From positions 1 to 23,622 of the forward strand of contig JBHHYI010000054.1 in assembly GCA_046757525.1 (NCBI GenBank): a stretch of 23,622 bases of DNA, given 5' to 3'. Every line of letters starts with the position of its first letter. Positions within the stretch are counted from its first letter, which is position 1. The translations under genes were made by a program, and so were the position numbers. Of the stretch, positions 1-8,684 are shown one piece after another. Origin of the DNA: a bacterium (lineage in GTDB: Bacteria > Zhuqueibacterota > Zhuqueibacteria > Oceanimicrobiales > Oceanimicrobiaceae). The notes under the pieces are model-generated. The model had not been told where the DNA came from. It did not search any database and was given only the letters and a program-made list of their open reading frames with translations.

Positions 1-5
1 AAATC

Positions 6-53
6 AGACCCCTCGACTACGTCCGGCAAAGCCGGACTCCGCTCGGGGTGACA
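6..53. repeat. REP/MITE-like nested hairpin, possibly the tail of a larger element cut by the window edge
   Basis: Perfect inner stem GTCCGGC-aaa-GCCGGAC (21-37) inside an outer imperfect stem ACCCC(T)CGA (8-16) / TCGGGGT (43-49), ending in GTGACA. Resembles the CCCTCGACT..CGCTCGGG.TGACA type of dispersed palindromic repeat. Only one copy in this window. Confidence 0.4.
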
Positions 54-193
54 ATCTGGTGGTTAGACACCCGTTAAGTTGACGCCAAAATGCAATTGCT
101 CTGGAAAGCCTGGGCTTTGGAGCGCGAGGTTCCAGTCGGCGCAAAAGGAATGCTGTGCTACACGCTAAGCTCATGGTGAGATGAGAATTTTCC

Positions 194-221
194 TTGACAT
201 TTGAAATTTTTACTTTAATAT
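194..221 (+). promoter_or_regulatory. Putative sigma70 promoter of sppA
   Basis: TTGACA (194-199), 16-nt AT-rich spacer, TAATAT (216-221), about 50 nt upstream of ATG 274. Confidence 0.55.
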
Positions 222-273
222 TATCCTGGGGCAGGAAATATTTTTACGCAAATTGGAAACTCTGGAGGCAAGT

Positions 274-2076
274 ATGGCATTGAAAAAATCCACCATTATT
301 TTGCTCATAATATTGGGATTTTTTGTCGTTTCCGGGTTATTTGTAATCCTGGGAATAAGAGCAGCATTCAATAATAAACCGGTGGTACACAAGGATTCTG
401 TTTTGAAAATAACCCTGAGCGGCTTGATGACGGAGCACTTTGCGCAGGACGCTGTGGTGCGTGGATTCGAAGGGGCCCATTTGCAAATGTTCGACCTGTA
501 CCAGGCCCTGGCGATGGCGAAGCGCGACGACAGAATTCGAGGTCTTTACCTCAAAATAGATTCGCCGAGAATTGGCTGGGCCAAGGCGCAGGAGATCAGA
601 AACTATATCGAGACCTTCAAAAACAGTGGCAAATTTGTGGTGGCTTTCCTGCAGTCGTGCAATGAACTTTCGTATTACCTCGCCTTACCTGCCGACGAAA
701 TTTATCTCCAGCCTCATGCAAGCGTTGCATTGAACGGTTTTGCTGCTGAAGTTCCCTTTCTCAAACGCTCCTTGAACAAGCTGGGCATTCAACCGGAGGT
801 AGAGAATATTGGTAAGTACAAGAGCGCAGGGGATGTCTTCAAGCGCGACTCCATGAGTGCTGCGCAGCGCGAGGCAACCGACGCACTGCTGACGGACATT
901 TACGACGAATTCTTAGACCGCGTCCATTCAGAAAGGGATATCGACAGCTCTACCTTTGCAGACGCCTTGAACGCCGGCATTTTCCGCAGCGATGAGGCCT
1001 TGAAACTTGGTTTGGTGGACAGCCTGATTTACGAGACCACCGTTCGCGACCTGCTTAAACGAAAAGTGCTTGGCGACAGCACGAAAGATATCGCTGCCAA
1101 AAGGCTAAGACTCATTTCCGCCAGCCGGTACAGTAAAATCCCCCCGAAGGAAGTCGGGTTGGGCAAGGGACAGAAAATCGCTCTCGTCTACGCCATTGGC
1201 ACCATCATGCCCGGAGGCAATGGTTACGACCCGATTTTCGGCAGGAACATGGGCTCGGAAGCCATGATTAAAACCCTGGAATCGGCCAACAAGAACAAGA
1301 GCATTAAGGCCATTATTGTCAGAGTTGACAGTCCTGGTGGCAGCGGCGTGGCCTCCGACAGGATCTGGGCTGAAATCGAAAAAGTGCGCAAAAGCAAGCC
1401 GGTGATCATTTCCATGTCCGACCTTGCCGCTTCAGGTGGATATTGGATCGCGATGAACAGCGACGCCATCGTCGCCCAGCCGTTGACCATTACCGGCTCC
1501 ATCGGCGTGGTCAGCACCCTGTTCGATCTGTCCGGCACCTACAAAAAGCTTGGAGTGGTTTGGGAAACCGTAAAAAAGGGTGATCATGCAGATATGCTCA
1601 CCGACAAAAGACCGCTCACGGCTGAGGAACGGAAACTATTCAAGGAAATGACCTATGACTTTTACCAGACCTTTGTGCAGAAGGCCGCCGAGGGCAGAAA
1701 CAAAACCTGGGACGAGATCCACAAGATTGCCCAGGGACGGGTCTGGACCGGAGTTCGCGCCAAACAATTCGGCCTGGTCGATTCGTTGGGTTCCCTGGAC
1801 CTGGCTTTGACCATAGCCAAACGAAAGGCAAAAATCGACGAAAACGCGCCGGTGCAATGGGTGGTTTACCCGCAACCCAAAGGTTTTCTCGAGACGCTGC
1901 TCAGAGAGTTGAGCGTGCGCGTGGCCAGCGTATTCATGCCCAAAGCCCGAAAATGGTCGCTGTTAGATTCTCTGCCCCGGGAGATGAAATCGCTGTTGAA
2001 GGAAATAGCCATTGTGCAGCAGGTACGCGCTGGCCAAATGATGGCCATTTTGCCCTTTGTGCCGGAAATTCGATGA
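274..2076 (+). CDS. sppA: Signal peptide peptidase SppA (protease IV, 67-kDa type, peptidase S49)
   Basis: N-terminal TM anchor and tandem S49 domains. Motifs GKYKSAG (catalytic Lys), RVDSPGGS, AASGGYW (catalytic Ser), TITGSIGV and AQGRVWTG. ATG 274 is preceded by GGAGG (264-268); the ORF track starts at TTG 253. Confidence 0.95.
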   Translation: MALKKSTIILLIILGFFVVSGLFVILGIRAAFNNKPVVHKDSVLKITLSGLMTEHFAQDAVVRGFEGAHLQMFDLYQALAMAKRDDRIRGLYLKIDSPRIGWAKAQEIRNYIETFKNSGKFVVAFLQSCNELSYYLALPADEIYLQPHASVALNGFAAEVPFLKRSLNKLGIQPEVENIGKYKSAGDVFKRDSMSAAQREATDALLTDIYDEFLDRVHSERDIDSSTFADALNAGIFRSDEALKLGLVDSLIYETTVRDLLKRKVLGDSTKDIAAKRLRLISASRYSKIPPKEVGLGKGQKIALVYAIGTIMPGGNGYDPIFGRNMGSEAMIKTLESANKNKSIKAIIVRVDSPGGSGVASDRIWAEIEKVRKSKPVIISMSDLAASGGYWIAMNSDAIVAQPLTITGSIGVVSTLFDLSGTYKKLGVVWETVKKGDHADMLTDKRPLTAEERKLFKEMTYDFYQTFVQKAAEGRNKTWDEIHKIAQGRVWTGVRAKQFGLVDSLGSLDLALTIAKRKAKIDENAPVQWVVYPQPKGFLETLLRELSVRVASVFMPKARKWSLLDSLPREMKSLLKEIAIVQQVRAGQMMAILPFVPEIR

Positions 2077-2127
2077 CCACGCTTGGCTCGAGACGCAAAC
2101 AGCAATCTCAAGAACTTTTTTCGAAAG

Positions 2128-3549
2128 ATGCTCAGACTAAAGTTAGCCATCATCGTAGGCCTGGCCGGCTTCACAATTCTTAGCGCCTGTTCTGCGTCCA
2201 AAAAAGCCCTGAAGCAAGCCAGAGAGTTTGAGCAAGCCGGGCTTTACGTGGAAGCCGCCAGACAAGATTTGAAAGCCCTGCGCAAGGATCCTCACTTCAA
2301 AGAAGCTCTGGTGCATTTGAAGAGCGTTGCGCCGAAAGCCTACGCGGAACTCCTGGACCGGGGCAAGAATCTCGAGTCCGCGGCGGACTGGGACCAGGCC
2401 GTCGTCGAGTACGGTCAATTGCATGATTTGCTCGATCAGTTTCATCGCCACGGGGTCGTTTTCGAGACCGAAAATGTAGGTGCGCAGTTGAAGGCCGCAC
2501 GGCAAAAAGCCGCCCAAACCCATTACGCTGAAGGAGAGGCTTTTGAGAAAAACAACCAGTGGCAAAGAGCTGCCAACGCATTCCTGAAAGCAGACAGCTT
2601 CGTTGAAAACTACAACAACGCCTTGGACAAGGCCATTCACGCCTTGCTCATAGCCGGCGACCGTTTGTTAGAAAGCCGAAAATATTCAAGAGCCCTGAAG
2701 AATTACCAACGGGTGTTGGAAATCGCTCCAAATCATCGGAGAGCAAAACAAGCGGCAGCCGAAACCTATTACCGCCGCGGCAGGCAATATTTCCAAGAAG
2801 CACAATATCGAGAAGCTTTGAAGGACTTCGAGCGCATTGAAGCTTTTGTGCCCGGTTACAAAGATTCGCGCAAATGGCGAGAGCGCGCTCTGGACAAGGC
2901 GACGCTAAAGGTGGCGGTCATTCCCTTTTTAAACCTGAGCCGGAACTACGCCGCCGATGGGTATTTGTTGGCCAGCGAAATAACCAGCCGCTGCCAGGAA
3001 AGAGACTTACCCTTTGTGCACTTTCTCCTGGATGCAGACGTGATGAATCTGTTGAACAAGAATAGAATCTCATTGAGCAGAGGCGTGACGGCGGAGCATT
3101 TAGCGCAAATAGCCGACAACTACGGACTGGACGCCATCGTCTGGGGCAAAATCCGGGAAGTCCAAGTCATCGACAAACCGGCCTCCTTCAAAGAATATGA
3201 AGGTGCTATTACCACCACCGCGGTAGACAGCACCGGCAAGGAAGTGGAACAGCAAGAGCCAATTTATTATCGGCAATATACCAAGTCACGTGTGGTGAAA
3301 ATGCGGGCCGACCTGCAGATCCTGGATGCCCACACCTCGGCGCCTTTGGTTAGACAAAGCTACTTTGACGAAAAAACCGACCGGGCCGTCTGGATTGCTT
3401 ACCAGGGAAGCATCTACGATCTGCCCAGGAACAAACAAAAATATCTCGACGCCCCGCGCGACCCAAGACCGGTACCGGAGCTGGTTAACGACCTGATTCT
3501 GTCCATGAGTAAAAAAATGAGCCGGCGCGTCATGCAACAATTCAAGTAA
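2128..3549 (+). CDS. TPR-repeat lipoprotein with a C-terminal CsgG/TolB-N-like alpha/beta domain
   Basis: From ATG 2128, MLRLKLAIIVGLAGFTILSAC gives a lipobox LSAC. Several TPR-like helical repeats follow (e.g. YSRALKNYQRVLEIAPNH, YREALKDFERIEAFVPGY). The C-terminal part has KVAVIPFLNLS...DAIVWGKIREV. The ORF track starts at 2083. Confidence 0.75.
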   Translation: MLRLKLAIIVGLAGFTILSACSASKKALKQAREFEQAGLYVEAARQDLKALRKDPHFKEALVHLKSVAPKAYAELLDRGKNLESAADWDQAVVEYGQLHDLLDQFHRHGVVFETENVGAQLKAARQKAAQTHYAEGEAFEKNNQWQRAANAFLKADSFVENYNNALDKAIHALLIAGDRLLESRKYSRALKNYQRVLEIAPNHRRAKQAAAETYYRRGRQYFQEAQYREALKDFERIEAFVPGYKDSRKWRERALDKATLKVAVIPFLNLSRNYAADGYLLASEITSRCQERDLPFVHFLLDADVMNLLNKNRISLSRGVTAEHLAQIADNYGLDAIVWGKIREVQVIDKPASFKEYEGAITTTAVDSTGKEVEQQEPIYYRQYTKSRVVKMRADLQILDAHTSAPLVRQSYFDEKTDRAVWIAYQGSIYDLPRNKQKYLDAPRDPRPVPELVNDLILSMSKKMSRRVMQQFK

Positions 3550-3606
3550 GTCCTTCTGCCCACCCTGGCCGGCAAACTCCTTCCCAAGTACCAAATTTAC
3601 ATTAAT

Positions 3607-3655
3607 TTATTCAGCATGAGACAAAAACAACCTGGATGTGTCTCACGGTGCAACA
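3607..3655 (+). promoter_or_regulatory. Pair of putative sigma54-activator (bEBP) binding sites
   Basis: TTATTCA-gca-TGAGACA (3607-3623) and TGTCTCA-cgg-TGCAACA (3639-3655). Both are imperfect versions of TGTCTCA-N3-TGAGACA and lie 32 bp apart. Confidence 0.5.
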
Positions 3656-3688
3656 CTTCCACCGAAGATTTCTTCTCCCTGGCGCAGT

Positions 3689-3701
3689 TAAGTCTTTAAT
3701 A
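3689..3701. promoter_or_regulatory. Putative IHF-type bending site
   Basis: TAAGTCTTTAATA has one mismatch to YAA-N4-TTGATW and lies between the putative activator sites and the sigma54 box. Confidence 0.4.
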
Positions 3702-3730
3702 ATTAGAAGGAAATAGCCTCAACATTATTG

Positions 3731-3746
3731 TGGCATACGGTTTGCA
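3731..3746 (+). promoter_or_regulatory. Sigma54 (RpoN) -24/-12 promoter
   Basis: TGGCATACGGTTTGCA: GG (3732-3733), exactly 10 nt, then GC (3744-3745), matching TGGCA-N6-TTGC. It lies 55 nt upstream of ATG 3801. Confidence 0.75.
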
Positions 3747-3800
3747 ATTTATGAAAAATCAATTAATAACCACAATTATTTATTAGTGTAAGTGGTCATC

Positions 3801-5072
3801 ATGAAGAACTTACAACGTTTGCTCTTGCCCATTCTCGCCTTGTGTTTCATTGCAAGTACTGGCCGCGCTCAGGGTTTAACCCTGCCGGGAGGCAGAGGCC
3901 TAATACATCTCGCCTCTGCGTGGAACTTAGAGAAGGGCGGCCTCACAGTCGAAGGCGCCTCCTCGTCCTATTTTCAAAACGCTTCGGTGGTGAGTACCGC
4001 CGGGGCCTCTTCAGCCATTACCTACTGGGACGTACAGGGCGCTCTTTCCTTGCATTTCGCCAGTGGCAAACACACGGAATGGATCCTCACTCAAATTGTT
4101 TACCAGGACAACCACAAGGGAACCGACAGCGACGCTTTTAACGCTCCGGACGATCTGCTGCTGAAGCTCAAGATTGGCTCTATTGGTAGCAAAATAAGCC
4201 GATTTAGATTCGGATTGACCTTAGGTACGCGCATTCCCTTAGCCTCTAAACACAACCTCATTTTGGAATCTTACACCGCCAACAAATTAGGCGCGGGTTT
4301 TACCTCCTTGTTCTCCTATTCTCCGGATCCCCTCATTCCTGAAAGCGCGTTTAATTTGCATGTCAATCTGGGCTTTTGGTACTATAACGATACGGGACAA
4401 TTTCCAGCAGGCGGCAAGGCCAACGACTTGATCACCGTCATCGACCCCACCACGACTTTTCTCTATGGTATCGGTTTCGCCTATCCAGCCAAGCATTTCG
4501 ACTTCTCCCTGGAATTCACAGGTCAGGCCTTCTTGCAAAGTCCACCGGTGACTGCCTACGGAAGAGAAGATTTCATTCTCTTGACCCCCGGAATCAAATA
4601 CCGCCCAACGCAATGGATTAGCTTGACCGCCGGCCTGGACCTGAGACTGTCCGACTTCAAAGATACCACGCTTTACCAGGCCCAGGGGACCGCGCTTCCA
4701 CGAGTGAACCCGGAGTTGGCTAACTACCCGTTCTGGCGCTTGCGAACCGGCGTTCAATTCCATCTGCGCAAACCTGCCCCGCAAATTCCATCAACCATCG
4801 AATTAGCAAAGGTGAAAAAGAAAAACAAGAAATTCAACAAGAAGAAAGAAAAGGTGGCAGAAAAGGTGACCGAAAAATACGACCTGAGTAAAGAGAGGCT
4901 TGAAACCGAAAACGCAGAAGCAGAGCTGGAAAAGATTCGCGAGGAAAGGAAGCGCATGGAATCGATCATTGCTCGCCTGAAGAAGATTTTGGATATGGGC
5001 GAGGACGCCGACCTATCAGAGGAATCGCAGACAGAAGAAAGCAAAAACGTGACAGAGAAAAAGCCCAACTGA
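3801..5072 (+). CDS. Exported protein: predicted outer-membrane beta-barrel followed by a Lys-rich linker and a coiled-coil tail
   Basis: Signal peptide MKNLQRLLLPILALCFIASTGRA|Q. Many amphipathic strands with aromatic residues (FNLHVNLGFWY, FLYGIGFAY, LTPGIKYRP, ISLTAGLDL, WRLRTGVQFHL). Then a Pro-rich linker, a K-rich segment and the heptad-like AEAELEKIREERKRMESIIARLKKIL. The ORF track starts at GTG 3792. Confidence 0.7.
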   Translation: MKNLQRLLLPILALCFIASTGRAQGLTLPGGRGLIHLASAWNLEKGGLTVEGASSSYFQNASVVSTAGASSAITYWDVQGALSLHFASGKHTEWILTQIVYQDNHKGTDSDAFNAPDDLLLKLKIGSIGSKISRFRFGLTLGTRIPLASKHNLILESYTANKLGAGFTSLFSYSPDPLIPESAFNLHVNLGFWYYNDTGQFPAGGKANDLITVIDPTTTFLYGIGFAYPAKHFDFSLEFTGQAFLQSPPVTAYGREDFILLTPGIKYRPTQWISLTAGLDLRLSDFKDTTLYQAQGTALPRVNPELANYPFWRLRTGVQFHLRKPAPQIPSTIELAKVKKKNKKFNKKKEKVAEKVTEKYDLSKERLETENAEAELEKIREERKRMESIIARLKKILDMGEDADLSEESQTEESKNVTEKKPN

Positions 5073-5076
5073 GCGT

Positions 5077-6390
5077 TCAGTCCCCGATTTTCTCGACCAG
5101 CCACGCCAACAAATCAGATATCTTGACCCGCTCCTGCTGCATGGAATCCCGTTCTCTAATCGTTACCGTCTGGTCTTTGCTGGTTTCTGAATCCACCGTA
5201 ATGCAGTAAGGTGTGCCAGCTTCGTCCTGGCGTCGGTAGCGCCGTCCGATTGCGCCGCTTTCATCGTAAAACACCATGAATCTCTGCTTGAGCTCGTCGA
5301 CGATCTTGTGGGCGACTTCAGGCATGCCATCGCGCTTCACCAGCGGGAACACCCCGGCTTTGATCGGAGCGATTTGGGGTGAAAGGTGCAGGACCACTCT
5401 GCTTTCCCCGTTGATTTCTTCTTCCTCGTAGGCGTCAACCAGCGCAGTCAGGAAGGTCCGGTCACAGCCGGCGGAGGTTTCAATGATGTAAGGAACGAAG
5501 CGCTTTCTGCTGGCATCGTCGAAATAGCTCAGGTCTTTGCTGGAGAATTCGCGATGGCGACTGAGATCGAAATCCGTGCGATTGTGAATGCCTTCCAGCT
5601 CTTTCCAGCCGAACGGAAAGCGGTACTGAATGTCGAAGGCCGCCGCTGCGTAATGGGCTAATTCGTCCGCGCCATGCTGGTGAAATCTCAAATTATCCCG
5701 GCGAATTCCCAGGGCGTCGTACCACTCAATCCGCTGCTGTTTCCAGTATTCAAACCATTCCGCATCGGTTCCCGGTTCCACAAAGAACTGCATTTCCATC
5801 TGTTCGAATTCTCGCGTTCTGAAGGTAAAGTTGCGCGGTGTAATTTCGTTGCGGAAGGCCTTTCCGATCTGAGCGATACCAAACGGAATTTTCCGGCGCG
5901 AGGACTGCAGCACGTTGAGAAAATTAACGTAGATTCCCTGGGCCGTTTCAGGTCTCAAATAAACGGCAGACGCCTCCTGCTCCACCGGCCCCATGTGCGT
6001 TTTGAACATCAGGTTGAACTGCCGCGCTTCGGTGAGTTCGCCGCCACAAACCGGGCACTTCTCCACCTCGATGTCGTCGCTGCGGAAGCGCCGCCGACAG
6101 TTCTTGCAGTCGACCATTGGATCGGTGAAGCCGGCGACGTGCCCGGAAGCCTCCCAAATTTTGGGGTGCATCAGGATCGCTGCATCCAGGCCGACGATGT
6201 CCTCGCGACATTGCACCAGACTCTTCCACCAGAACTTCTTGATATTGTTTTTCATCTCAACGCCCAAAGGGCCGTAATCGTAGCAACTGTCCAGACCTCC
6301 GTATATTTCGCTCGACTGAAATATGAAGCCTCGCCGTTTGCACAGGGAGACGATTTTGTGCATAAGTTTCTCGGATCTATCCTTGCTCAT
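5077..6390 (-). CDS. glyQS: Glycine--tRNA ligase, single-subunit (alpha2) type
   Basis: [65 protein letters not shown], and anticodon-domain [23 protein letters not shown] upstream. Confidence 0.97.
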   Translation of the reverse strand: MSKDRSEKLMHKIVSLCKRRGFIFQSSEIYGGLDSCYDYGPLGVEMKNNIKKFWWKSLVQCREDIVGLDAAILMHPKIWEASGHVAGFTDPMVDCKNCRRRFRSDDIEVEKCPVCGGELTEARQFNLMFKTHMGPVEQEASAVYLRPETAQGIYVNFLNVLQSSRRKIPFGIAQIGKAFRNEITPRNFTFRTREFEQMEMQFFVEPGTDAEWFEYWKQQRIEWYDALGIRRDNLRFHQHGADELAHYAAAAFDIQYRFPFGWKELEGIHNRTDFDLSRHREFSSKDLSYFDDASRKRFVPYIIETSAGCDRTFLTALVDAYEEEEINGESRVVLHLSPQIAPIKAGVFPLVKRDGMPEVAHKIVDELKQRFMVFYDESGAIGRRYRRQDEAGTPYCITVDSETSKDQTVTIRERDSMQQERVKISDLLAWLVEKIGD

Positions 6391-6411
6391 AAAATTCTCC
6401 TGTTAAGCTGA

Positions 6412-7449
6412 TCAATCTGATCGAAGCGTCTTAGCCGCCACTTCAGGGGGCACCATATTGACTTGAAAACCAGAACCGATTTCAAAACTCTTGTAACCCC
6501 GGAATTTCGGCGCAATCTTTATATGCCAGTGGTAGTCTCTTTCCAACGTCTTCCAGTAACCCCGTAATTTGCCGGCAGCGATGTTAGGACCAGAGTGTAA
6601 GACCATGATATAATTGGGGTTCGCCAACTTCTTGGTTAGCCTTCGCAGGATTTCTCTCAATATTTCGGCCAGTGGTCTGTTTTCTACATTCCATTCGAAA
6701 AAAGTTTCATGATCTTTTGGCAAAATCCAGGTTTCAAAAGGGGTGCGGGAGGCAAAGGGCGCAAAGGCCAGATACTTTTCGGTTTCCATTACCACCCGTT
6801 CGCTGTCCGACAATTCCTGATTGATGACGTCACAAAAAACGCAGCGCTCTTTGTACTGGAAATATTCCATGGCATTCATGAGTTCTGATTTCACCAGGGT
6901 GGGCGTAATAGGCGTTGCAATGATGTGGGAATAAGAATGGCCAACCACGGCTCCGCTTTCCTCGCCGTAGTTTTTGTGGAACAGCACATACCGAAAACGC
7001 TCGTCTCGCTTCAGATCCAGAATGCGTCCCCGAATCGTAGTCAGAATATCGCTTATTTGATCGATGTCCATGCTTGCCATTCGGTCGTTGTGCTTCGGCG
7101 ACTCGATGATGAGTTCGTGCGCACCGATGCCATCCAACACGTCGTACATACCGACTGCACGGTTGTTTAAGTCACCGTAGATCTGCAGCATCGGGGTTTG
7201 CTCCGGCACCACTCTCACTTTCCAACCAGGCTCATTTTTCTGAGAGCTGTTGTTGCGGATGGCATATATTTCGCTGGGCGTCTCTGCTTCGAAACCCTCG
7301 CAATAACTGCACGTGGTCTTCTTGTTTTTTCCCCGTGCGTCCTTTGGCTGTTGCCGCTTCAGTATAACATCATTCAGGTAGTTCTCATATTGGACGATGA
7401 TGGTCCATCGGCCAGTAATGGGGTCACGACGAAATTGATTTGAAGTCAT
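6412..7449 (-). CDS. galT: GalT-family (galactose-1-phosphate uridylyltransferase / HIT superfamily) homologue with a degenerate active site
   Basis: RRDPITGRW, CxxC, GIGAHELIIESPKH, FHKNYG, RCVFCD, APFASRTPFETWILPK and DYHWH identify the family. The catalytic HxHxQ motif reads HSYSH. Confidence 0.85.
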   Translation of the reverse strand: MTSNQFRRDPITGRWTIIVQYENYLNDVILKRQQPKDARGKNKKTTCSYCEGFEAETPSEIYAIRNNSSQKNEPGWKVRVVPEQTPMLQIYGDLNNRAVGMYDVLDGIGAHELIIESPKHNDRMASMDIDQISDILTTIRGRILDLKRDERFRYVLFHKNYGEESGAVVGHSYSHIIATPITPTLVKSELMNAMEYFQYKERCVFCDVINQELSDSERVVMETEKYLAFAPFASRTPFETWILPKDHETFFEWNVENRPLAEILREILRRLTKKLANPNYIMVLHSGPNIAAGKLRGYWKTLERDYHWHIKIAPKFRGYKSFEIGSGFQVNMVPPEVAAKTLRSD

Positions 7450-7485
7450 AACACTCCCGTTTTGATTTACTCCATAGTTTTGTAG

Positions 7486-8625
7486 TTAGCCACTTTGGGA
7501 ATTAGAATTAGTTGCCTCCCCCTCTTCATCTACGGATTCATCCCTGTCGCTGCGGTCGAGCAGATTTTCATCGTCCTTGAGTTTTCTCAATATTAAGTAA
7601 GTCATCATATTGCCGGTGTCATAAGTGGCGAACAAGTACGACAAAACCAAAGCGCCAATCACCATCATGTTGAGTGCAAAAATGTAGGATGAAACCTGCA
7701 AAGTTGGCGGCAGTTGTAATGGAATAAAATCTCTCGAAAAAAAGAACCAGGAAGTGGCTTTTCCTAAAACTATATGCAACCCTTTGTCCAGGGTAATCGT
7801 CCAGCTTTGCAGTAGGTATTGTGCATGACTGGCCAGATTAATAAAGTTATCCCCCATGGCAAAAGAAAACACCCGGCTGATAAAAACAAAAGTGGTCTTG
7901 GCAAAAACGGCTAAAACCCCGAAACCGAAAACGGCGATTGCTGTTGCCAGCCCCTCATAAACAACCAATCGCACCGGCTGACTCCAGGCCGTTGAAAAGC
8001 TTTGGAAAACCGCTTCAAAGGCGTCCTCATTGGTGGTCGCAATGATCGCCGGAGCCAGCACTACTGCCACGACGGAAACGAGTATTAAGAACATCAGCAG
8101 AAACGATGCGAGCATCCACAAGGTGGTGATCATCGAGATGCTCAGTTCCCCAAGAAAGGGAATGCGGCCCAGGAACCCAAGAAACGAAATGCCCACGAGA
8201 CCACCCAGTATGAAAATCCCCACAGCCACAGGCGTCAGAAGCGTGGAGCCACACTTCTTGAAAGCGAATGAAAAGGCTTCGCGCCAGGTGAAATAGTGGT
8301 TGCCCTTCAGCACCATAAACGAAGCACGCGCCACTGCCGTGCTTGTCACCAAATGCACCGCCAGAAGAAAAAACAAACCCAAAGCAAAGACGATCTTAGA
8401 AGTTACAGAGACTTGCACGTTAGCCCCAATCAACCACGGAAATAAGCCAAACCTGGCAAGTATTTGTTGCAGATGAAACCCGGACAGCAGCAAACTCACC
8501 ACCGAAAAGACGAAGTACCCTGCATAGCCAAGAAGCAGTCCAGTGAATTCAATCCAAATTCGCTGGACACTAAAAGCGATGCGCAGCGACTTGAACAAAT
8601 CTCTGAAATCAAACTGCAACTTCAA
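7486..8625 (-). CDS. Polytopic membrane protein of unknown function (about 6-7 TM helices, acidic C-terminal tail)
   Basis: Long ORF with multiple hydrophobic segments, co-oriented within the operon. TTG 8625 follows GGAGAGG; the ORF track extends to GTG 8688. Confidence 0.75.
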   Translation of the reverse strand: MKLQFDFRDLFKSLRIAFSVQRIWIEFTGLLLGYAGYFVFSVVSLLLSGFHLQQILARFGLFPWLIGANVQVSVTSKIVFALGLFFLLAVHLVTSTAVARASFMVLKGNHYFTWREAFSFAFKKCGSTLLTPVAVGIFILGGLVGISFLGFLGRIPFLGELSISMITTLWMLASFLLMFLILVSVVAVVLAPAIIATTNEDAFEAVFQSFSTAWSQPVRLVVYEGLATAIAVFGFGVLAVFAKTTFVFISRVFSFAMGDNFINLASHAQYLLQSWTITLDKGLHIVLGKATSWFFFSRDFIPLQLPPTLQVSSYIFALNMMVIGALVLSYLFATYDTGNMMTYLILRKLKDDENLLDRSDRDESVDEEGEATNSNSQSG

Positions 8626-8684
8626 TGTTCCTCTCCCATTACAAGTGTTAAGAAACAAGCTAACCTGGTCAGCACCTTGTTGGA

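Noticed and set aside
60..135. Possible IS end or short inverted repeats (AATGCAATTGCTCTG; CTGGAA...TTCCAG)
   Set aside because: No partner repeat or transposase in the window, and the matches are short enough to be chance.
5674..6411. 245-aa + strand ORF
   Set aside because: Antisense to glyQS; a typical shadow ORF.
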